A stretch of DNA of 63,591 bases, the filler included, from Malassezia furfur (taxonomy: Eukaryota): NCBI GenBank assembly GCA_052055015.1. It is 3 parts of 3 records of this genome, joined end to end, with 100 filler letters (N's around TTAATTAATTAA, not from the genome) between each part and the next. Parts side by side here need not be neighbours in the genome. Positions count along the whole stretch, not along the records: positions 42,610 to 63,591 come from JBQJIT010000170.1; 2 more parts are not named here. One strand, written 5' to 3'. Each line of letters begins with the position of its first letter. The stretch's first letter is position 1. The position numbers and the translations under genes were made by a program. The notes under the pieces are model-generated. The model had not been told where the DNA came from. It ran no database searches and saw nothing but the letters and a program-made list of their open reading frames with translations. Shown here in pieces: positions 55,860-63,591 of the stretch.

Positions 55860-56843
55860 TTACTTCTCCACGGGATGCACTTTGCGCCAGTGCTCGGCGA
55901 TTTCGCCGCGCGTAGTGACCCAGATACCGCCACCGGTCTTTTTCATCTCGGCGTCCTTTTCCTTGATGTAGTCAAAGAATTTGCGGAGCGCTCCAATGCG
56001 GCCCGGACGGCCCACAACACGGCAGTGCAGACCGACCGTCATCATGCGGGGAGCCTCGTCACCCTCGCGGATGAGCGTGTCTAGGGCGTCCCGCATGTAC
56101 TGGTAGAACGAGTCCGCGTTGAAGAAGCCCGGCGTAATGCCAAACTTCATGTCGTTCACATCCAGCGTGTACGGGACGACAAGCAGGTGCTCGTTCGGCG
56201 TACCGTCCGGAGCAGGCACGTAGTACGGCACATCCTCGTCGTAGGCGTCGCAGTCGTACAGCTTGTGGTGCAGTCCACGGCGCTTGTACTCCTCGTACAC
56301 AAGGCGGCGCGTGTTGGCCGACTGGCGTCCCGTGTACCAGCCGAGAGGGTAGCTGTTCGACGGGCTTGCGTCGTGGATGATGTCGATCGACTTGGCAATG
56401 TGCTCGCGCTCTTCTTCCTCAGGCACCTCGACGTGGTTGATCCAGCGGTAGGAGTGGCTTCCCACCTCGCCCTTAGCCGCCTCCATAGCACCGACCACCT
56501 GCGGGTTGAGCTCGACCGCGCGTGCGACCGCCCAGGACGTAAAGGGGAAGTCGTACTCCTGGAAGAGTTCCAGCAGGCGCCAGATACCGCGGCGTGCGCC
56601 GTATGCATACGAGCTTTCCACGGAGAGGTTGCGCAGGCCGGGCTTGGAGGGCGCGTTGGGCGCGCCGTACTCGCTCAGGTAGTTCTCGGCCGCGGGGTCG
56701 CCGTTCACCAGCGTGTTCTCGCCGCCCTCTTCGTAGTTAATCACGAACGACACACAGACGCGCGCATTGTTCGGCCACTGCGCCTGAGGGATCTTGGGGC
56801 CGTAGCCCTGCATGTCGCGTTCAGCATGGGGATCGTAAGGCAT
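55860..56843 (-). CDS. puuE: PuuE-type metal-independent allantoinase (polysaccharide deacetylase fold), copy 1
   Basis: RDMQGYG..WP..ARVCVSFVINYEEGGE, ES.YAYG.R.G.WR, HSYRW, GWYTGR, PYTLDVNDMKF and GLHCRVVGRPGR. Confidence 0.85.
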   Translation of the reverse strand: MPYDPHAERDMQGYGPKIPQAQWPNNARVCVSFVINYEEGGENTLVNGDPAAENYLSEYGAPNAPSKPGLRNLSVESSYAYGARRGIWRLLELFQEYDFPFTSWAVARAVELNPQVVGAMEAAKGEVGSHSYRWINHVEVPEEEEREHIAKSIDIIHDASPSNSYPLGWYTGRQSANTRRLVYEEYKRRGLHHKLYDCDAYDEDVPYYVPAPDGTPNEHLLVVPYTLDVNDMKFGITPGFFNADSFYQYMRDALDTLIREGDEAPRMMTVGLHCRVVGRPGRIGALRKFFDYIKEKDAEMKKTGGGIWVTTRGEIAEHWRKVHPVEK

Positions 56844-57287
56844 GGTGATGGTGCTGGTTATACCCGGAAGAAAGCCGTAGATGCAGCTGTCATCTTGGCA
56901 TGGACTAATCAGGGGGCGGTTTGATAAGCCGATAGCCGAGGATCAGCGAGATGAATCATCGTGGGGTAAAATATGCAGCCGGTAATCTCAACTCCGCGCA
57001 TTCGCGGAGGTGTTTGGAAGGACGACGGTCCCGCCCGGACCGTGCCGCTGATCGTACCAGGGGTACGCATTTAAGCGAGGCATGCTGCCGTGCGAAAGGT
57101 GCGCACGAGGACCTTCGCACGGACCACCATGAAATAGGGCCGTGGGGAAATGCCCTCGAGCGACACACCTATGCTGTTGTGAATCATATTTTTCCATCGC
57201 ATTTGTACGGAAGCGTCTATAATGTGTAGCACATAGTTGATGCTTGATGGGGACGACGACGTGCGATCATGCGCAGAATGCCCCTAT

Positions 57288-58280
57288 TTATTCCACCGGA
57301 TGCACCTTGCGCCAGTGCTCCGCAATCTCGCCGCGCGTCGCGACCCAGATGCCGCCGCCACCGGCCTTTTTCATTTCGGCATCTTTCTCCTGAATGTAGG
57401 CAAAGAACTTGCGCAGGGCGCCGACGCGGCCAGGACGACCGACGACGCGGCAGTGCAGGCCGACCGTCATCATCCGAGGCGCCTCTTCACTCTCGAGAAT
57501 GAGTGTGTCCAGGGCGTCCACGAGATACTGGTAGAACGACTCGCCGTTGAAGAAGCCGGGCGTAATGGCGAACCGCATGTCGTTGGCATCGAGCGTGTAC
57601 GGAATCACCAGCAAATGTTCATTCGGCGTGCCGTCCGGTGCAGGCACATAGTATGGCACATCGTCGTTGTACGCGTCCGAGTCGTACAGTTGCTTGTGCA
57701 TGCCACGCCGCTTGTACTCTTCGTACACCAAGCGGCGCGTGTTGAGCGACTGGCGGCCAGTGTACCAGCCCATAGGGTAGCTGCCTGACGGGCTGGCATC
57801 GTGGATCACATCGATGGCCTTGGCGATGTGTTCGCGCTCGACATCCTCAGGAACTTCGACGTAGTTGATCCAGCGGTACGAGTGGCTGCAGACTTCGCCG
57901 CCGGCCTCCTCCATGGCGGCAACTGCGCCCGGGTTGAGCTCGACTGCACGGCCGACGGCCCAGGAGGTAAAAGGGAAGCGGTACTTGCGGAAGAGGTCGA
58001 GCAAGCGCCAGAGCCCACGGCGCGACCCGTACTCGTATGCGCTCTCGACGGATAAATTGCGAAGGCCCGGCGGCGCGGGGCCTGTGGGTGCGCCGTACTC
58101 GGTCAGATAAGCTTCGGCGCCTGCATCGCCGTTCAGGAGCGTATTTTCACCGCCCTCTTCGTAGTTGATCACAAACGAGATGCATACCTGCGCCTTCCCC
58201 GGCCATTGCGGCTGGGGCACGTTGGCACCGTAGCCGATGAGGTCGCGTTCCGCGTGCGGGTCGTACGCAGACGAGGTCAT
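57288..58280 (-). CDS. puuE: PuuE-type allantoinase, tandem copy 2
   Basis: Colinear close paralog of 55860-56843 with the same motifs. Confidence 0.85.
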   Translation of the reverse strand: MTSSAYDPHAERDLIGYGANVPQPQWPGKAQVCISFVINYEEGGENTLLNGDAGAEAYLTEYGAPTGPAPPGLRNLSVESAYEYGSRRGLWRLLDLFRKYRFPFTSWAVGRAVELNPGAVAAMEEAGGEVCSHSYRWINYVEVPEDVEREHIAKAIDVIHDASPSGSYPMGWYTGRQSLNTRRLVYEEYKRRGMHKQLYDSDAYNDDVPYYVPAPDGTPNEHLLVIPYTLDANDMRFAITPGFFNGESFYQYLVDALDTLILESEEAPRMMTVGLHCRVVGRPGRVGALRKFFAYIQEKDAEMKKAGGGGIWVATRGEIAEHWRKVHPVE

Positions 58281-58468
58281 TCTGGGACGGGTGGAGGAGG
58301 AGAAATGTTCCAGCGAAATTGGGCGAATTTCCGGCGCACGGCCTGGGATGGATCGGCGGCCTTCCGGTCGGTCCCCTCGTCTACTCGCGCGGCTTATCCA
58401 AGTGTCTTGCTCACTATCCCGTTTCTACGTATGCAGTTGTTTTTCATTATGTATCATATTCCGTCCCG

Positions 58469-60066
58469 TTACTGAAGTCCCAATTTTGCTAGTCGTTCTT
58501 CTCGTGCCCTGCTCCACTGCGGGCCATAGTGCATGACGATCCACACCAGCGGCGTCGAGATTGCAAAGCTCGACAACGAGAATATGACAAAGGTCCAGCC
58601 GCTGCCGATCGCGTCGACCGCGTATTGGACCGCCGCGACAAAGCCGGCGCCCACGAGGCACCGTCCGATGTTGAGTGCAGCAGTCACGGACGCCGCGCGC
58701 CCGGGCGAGAGATCGACGAGGATGGTTTGGCTGTGTGAGTGGGTGTAGCGTACATCGAGTTGAAAAACATGATGCAAGTCAGCGTCATGAGGAAGAGCAG
58801 CACCATGGGCACGGCGATGTGCACGGGCTGGTCAAACTCTTTGACGTCCATGCACCATTCGCTCGCGAGGACGAATGCGGTAAAGATGAAGTTGAACAAG
58901 AAGGCGTGCTTCAAGCGCGTGTGGTACAAATTGAGGTTTTTCCCGTGTTTCTGGAACGCGCGGCGGTACTCAAAGTCGAGTAGTTTGCCCGCGAGGATGC
59001 TGCCCAGCGCGCTGCCGATGCCCAGCGGCATGTAGCAAAGGCCGACCTCGATGCTGTTGTAATGGTATACGTTGGTGAGCGCGGGCGACAAGGACGAGGT
59101 CACCATGGTGTAGACGCCAAAGGGGATCGCAAAGCTCAGGATCATGAGTGCGAGGTCGGGCTGGAGGAAGGCGCGCCATGGGCGGTCGAAGCCCATGGAC
59201 TGCAGGTTGAGTTTGGGCGGTGGGTTCATCCTGTGCGTGTGCTGTTTTTCCGCGTCGGTGCCCTCGAGGGAATCGTCGACCATGTGCAATGGGATGAGGG
59301 TGCGCCAGATGCCATAGGGTCTCAAGCTGCCGTCGCCCACGAGCGCGCGGAGCGACTCGGGCAGCATAAGCACCATAAATACGAGGTAGCCGCCTCCCAG
59401 GGCCGATAAGAAGAAGAAGACGGCGTGCCAGTCCCAGCGGTGCGCGACGAGTCCACCGACGATGGGCCCAATCGCCGGTCCGAGGAGGGTGCCCATCTGG
59501 AAGAAGCCCATGTATGTCCCCCGCTCCTTGCGGCGCGACACGTCGCTGATGCACCCTGCGCCGATCGAGATGGCGCTGCTGGCGCCCGATGCCTGGAGCA
59601 TGCGCAGGACGAGGAGGAGCCAGTACGCCTGCGTGAACGAAAGGCCGAGGTTGGCGATGAGAAACACGACAAACGCCATGATGAGGATCGGGCGGCGGCC
59701 GTACGAATCCGAAAGCGGCGCCCAGAACGAGGGCGTGAGGCCCTGGAAGATCATGTACGTCGTGATGGACAGGAGGGTCTGGCTGTCGGTGATGTGCAGG
59801 TCCTTGGTGATCTCCGGCACGGCGGGCATGTAAATGTTGATGGCAAACGGACTCATCACGCCGGAAACCGACGCGAAGACCACGACAAAAATCCGCGCGT
59901 TTTTGGTGAACGCCGAGTAGTGTTCCTCGTCGTCGACGTGAGGACGCGGCTGGTCCTCTGGGGGCACGGGCACCTCGATGGCACCCACCGACTCGAGCTG
60001 GGGCGAGGGTGGTGCCGCCGCATCTGGCGGCTCTGGCTCTTGTGCGTTGCTTGCACTTGATCGCAT
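58469..60066 (-). CDS. MFS DHA1 transporter (Qdr-like), right copy
   Basis: Paralog of 46870-48500 with a 23-nt intron at the same position (58731-58753). Shares LSPGRAASVTAALNIGRCLVGAGFVAAVQY. Confidence 0.88.
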
Positions 60067-60178
60067 AATCCCATGCAACGACGTGCTGACCTCCGCGGAT
60101 GAGTCAATTTCTTTAGATAGCGCTACTTTTTTCTTCGCGAGGATTTAAGCCACGTGGCGCGCACGGACCGCTGCCACC

Positions 60179-60931
60179 CTAGAGTTTCGCGTAGTCGTAC
60201 GGCCCGCCCTTTTCGTAGGCGCGGCGGTACGCCGGGCGCGCGTGCACCCACTCGACCCAGTTCTTGATGGAGGTGGGTACCGCTTCGGCGGGCATGCGTC
60301 CGCTCGTCAGCGCCTCGAACGGGAAGAGCATCTGGTAGTCGGCGGCGGTCGGCCCGTTGGTCTTATCGCCGCCAGCAATCCACGCGCGGCCGTCGTGCGA
60401 GCGCTTCTCGAGCTCGGCGGCGACAAACTTGACCTTGCGACGCAGGTCCGGGTCGACGAAGCGCTGCTGCACCTGCGATGCGATGATGTTGACGACCGGG
60501 CGCACAAAGAAAGGCGCCTGCGTCGGCACGATCATAAACACAAACTTCATCACGAGCGTCGGCATGAAGCTGGCCTCGGCAAACTGCTTCCAGAAGTTAT
60601 CGGCGTCCTCGTCGTCGGTGCTGGGCTTGCCGCGTCCCTTGCCGTAGTACTTGATGACATAGTCTGCGTCAGCCGTGTGCGTACGTACCGATAATGGCGC
60701 CGCTCTCTGCGACGACCTCGTTGCGGTCCGTGTCGGTGATGACGGGGCTCTTGCTGAGCGGGTGGACTTCGCGCAGCTCCTTCGGAGCGAGCTGGTCGTG
60801 CCCGCGCTGGTAGTGCTTGATCTCGTACGGGATCTCGAGCTCCTCGAGGAGCCAGAGGATGCGCTGCGAGCGCGAGTTGTTCAGGTGGTGCTGCGTGTGA
60901 GTGGAGTGCGATGACGCACGACGATGATCAT
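60179..60931 (-). CDS. GTT1: Glutathione S-transferase, Gtt1-like, ending in -AKL
   Basis: MIIV|HHLNNSRSQRILWLLEEL, HPLSKSPVI and AESGAII|DY. Introns at 60891-60919 and 60664-60688. Confidence 0.88.
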
Positions 60932-61092
60932 GGTTGTGTGAAAAAGCGAGCGATCGGCGCGGGGCAAGTGCGCACGGGTCACACCCGGGCCAGGTGACCG
61001 CCTCCACGTGGCACGGCGGGGCGGGCGGGCGAGCGGACGCGCGAGGAAGCGGGCGCCGCGGGCGGATGGACGTGGCGGCTATGTTTGGTTGG

Positions 61093-63568
61093 CTACGGGG
61101 CGCGCTCGGCGTCGGTGTGGCCCAGACCCCAGCGGCCGATGGTCTGCATGGCGTGCGCGTCGCCGGAGGCGATCTGGTCGTCGCGCAGGAGGGTGGAAAG
61201 CATTGTCCATGGGTTCTTGCCGCCGCCGTGCTGCAAGACTTCCTTTTTGAACATCTCGCCGGCCTCGCGCGAGAGAGGCGCGTGCGCAAACACCTTGCGC
61301 CACACGCGCGCGGCGATCGCGCGGTCGAAGAGGTAGCTGTAGTACGTCGCGCCGTAGCCGAACAGGTGGCCGAACTGTCCCTGCCACGTGGCGTCCTCGA
61401 CGGGGGGGAAGAGGCCCATGGTCGCCTGGACGCGCTGGAGCTCGGCGGTGGAGCTGAACGACGGGTCGCCCGCGCGCTCCGCGTGGTACTGCTGGTCGAG
61501 CTGCGCGAGGACGATCTGGTGCTGTGTGTCGAGCGCGTCGAGCTCGTGCTGCGTGCGCAGGTGCGCCGCGAGCTGGTCGTACGGGAGCGGCGCCCCCGTG
61601 CGGTGGTGGTGTGCGGTGAGCTGCACCACCTCCGGGTTCACGAGGAAGTGCTCCATGAGGATGGACGGGAGCTCGACAAAGTCGGTGGCGCAGCGTGTGC
61701 CGGACACGTTGTGGAACTCGGTGCGGCCGATCATCGCTGCGTGAGTGTGGCGCGGACGTACAGTGGATGGCATGGCCCATTTCGTGGAAGAGCGTCTCGA
61801 CCTCCTGCCAGCGGAGGAGGCTGACGCCGCCCTGTGCGCGCGAGGGCCACTGGAAGTCGGTCATGAGCACCACGACGGGCAGCTGGAAGCGCCCCGGGCG
61901 CCCTGGCGACGTGGCGCCCTCGACGTCGAGCAGGTTCGAGAGGTCGACGTCGCGCGGCAGCTCGGGCGCGTCGCCGAAGCGCACGTCGTTCTCTACGTCG
62001 TCGCCGTCGATGCGGCGCGAGCACCGCACCGTGTAGTGCGCGGCGCTCGGCGGCTTGCCTGCGCGCGCGTACAGGTCGCAGTAGATGGTGCCGATGACGC
62101 CGCCCTCGGTCTCGTCGACGACCTCGAGCTTGAGCACGTCCGGCGACCACACCTCGCCCGGCTGCACGGGCGCGGCGCGGAAGTGGATGCCGTACAGCAG
62201 GTAGAAGAGGCGCGAGAGCCCCGTGAACACGCTGCCGAGCGACAGGTACGGCACGAGCGGCTGCAGGTCCGGCGGGTGGTAGGTCTGCACGTAGACGTCC
62301 GAGAGGTACTCTCGGTCCCACGCGTACACCGGCGCGTCCGGCGGCGTCTTGAGCCGGCGCAGCGCGTCGACCATCGCCTGCGCGCGCGGGCGCTGCGCGT
62401 CGGCGGTGATGTGCAGAAAGTCGCTCACGTTGCTCGGCGTGCCGGCCATCTTGTCGACGAGCGTCATCTCGGCGAAGCTGCGCTTGCCGGTGAGCACCGC
62501 GAGCTCGTGGCGCGCGCGCAGCAGGCGCTCGAGCACGTCGACGGGCCCGTGGCGCCCCGTGTAGGTGATCATGTACGCGAGGCGCCGCGCGCGCTCGTCG
62601 GGCGCAAACTTGCTGATGCAGTGCAGCTCCCACGAGCCCGGCACGACCGGCAGCGTGTTGGAGCGGCGCGAGAAGCCCGTCTGCGCCCGCAGGCTCTTGA
62701 CGAGGCTCGCGTCCATCGTGCGCAGCAGGTCGAGCGGGAAGTCGGTCACCTGGTCGCTCGTGCGCGCCGAGATGTCCTGCAAAAACGCACGGCCGAGCAC
62801 GAGGATCTCGTCGCTGAGCGCGACGAAGCGCTCGCGCTCCTGCGGCGGCAGGTGGATGCCCGACTTCTCAAAGTCGCGCAGGAAGATGGTCGCGACCGCC
62901 TGCGCCTCCTCGGGCATGCTCGCCCAGATGTCGGCGTCGGCCATCGCGCGGCGCAGCGAGTCGTACAGCCCGGTGTGGGTGTTGAGGATGTTCATAAAGT
63001 TGCACAGGTACTCGTACGCGGCGTTCGACGCGTCGGCCCACGCGGGCTCGGGGTGTGCGTGGCGCACGAGCTCCGCCATGTCGATCACGCCGCACAGCAG
63101 GTCGCTCAGCCGGTCGAGGTTCGGCACGACGTGGGCGAGCTCGGAGCGCGGCGCGTCGGGTGCGCCAGCGCGTGCGATGCGGTTCACGAGCAGCTGTGCG
63201 CGCACGAGGGTCTTTTCCGCGAGCGTCAGGAACGCCTCGGGCTCGCGCAGCGCCTCGACCTTGAACAGGCCGGTCGGCAGGCCGGCGGTGTCCTGCGGCG
63301 TGTGCAGGCGCGGGCGGTCGAGCAGGTCGCGCAGGGTCTCGTGGTCGCGCTCGACGCTCTGTGCGACGCCGGCCGCGAGGGCGTGGGCCTCGGCGGCGGG
63401 CGAGCGCGCAAGGTGCATCTGGCGTGGCTCGAAGCGCCAGCGCTTCACCTTGCCGAGCCGCTGTGTGCCGTCGAGTGGCATCGCTGCCTCGTGCGAGGTC
63501 GCGACGGAGCGCGCGGCGCGCGGCGCACGCGGCAGGCGCGCCGGGCGGAGTGCGTGGCGCGCGAGCAT
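61093..63568 (-). CDS. OCT1: Mitochondrial intermediate peptidase (M3 family)
   Basis: Presequence MLARHALRPARL, LDRLSDLLCGVIDMAE, DFEKSGI, FHEMGHAIH|SMIGRT (25-nt intron at 61737-61761), TRCATDFVELPS and FGHLFGYGATYYSYL. Confidence 0.94.
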
Positions 63569-63591
63569 GGGCAACGGGGGCGGGGGTCAAA

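Noticed and set aside
55860..58280. Chitin or polysaccharide deacetylase annotation
   Set aside because: NYEEG and HxxRW replace the Asp-His-His metal triad, there is no signal peptide, and the neighbours are purine catabolism genes.
48692..58280. Whole cluster as bacterial contamination
   Set aside because: XanA, the Fur-type NCS1 and allantoicase look fungal, promoters carry GATA sites, and the block is contiguous without gaps with intron-containing genes on both sides.

Overview
Gene-dense, GC-rich eukaryotic DNA from a compact fungal genome. The gene set, tiny intergenic gaps and very short GT-AG introns suggest a Malassezia-like basidiomycete yeast (inference). Bases 1-42509 mostly hold housekeeping genes (NOT4, VPS55, LYS5, YTM1, LETM1/MDM38, RRP12, GPI16, ROT1, an ING protein, DBP9, PPX1) plus four ferric-reductase-family genes, three of them in a lower-GC tandem array. 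Two 100-nt scaffold gaps carry an artificial TTAATTAATTAA linker. After the second gap come a P450 fragment and DHA1-type MFS transporters. The main finding is a ~9.6-kb purine-catabolism cluster (48692-58280): xanA-type xanthine dioxygenase, NCS1 permease, a bacterial-type HpyO-like FAD urate hydroxylase, HIU hydrolase, allantoicase and two PuuE-type allantoinases. It has GATA-rich promoters and is bracketed by two copies of one MFS gene. Many predicted introns are only 21-26 nt. Family assignments come from recognising motifs by eye; no database searches were run.
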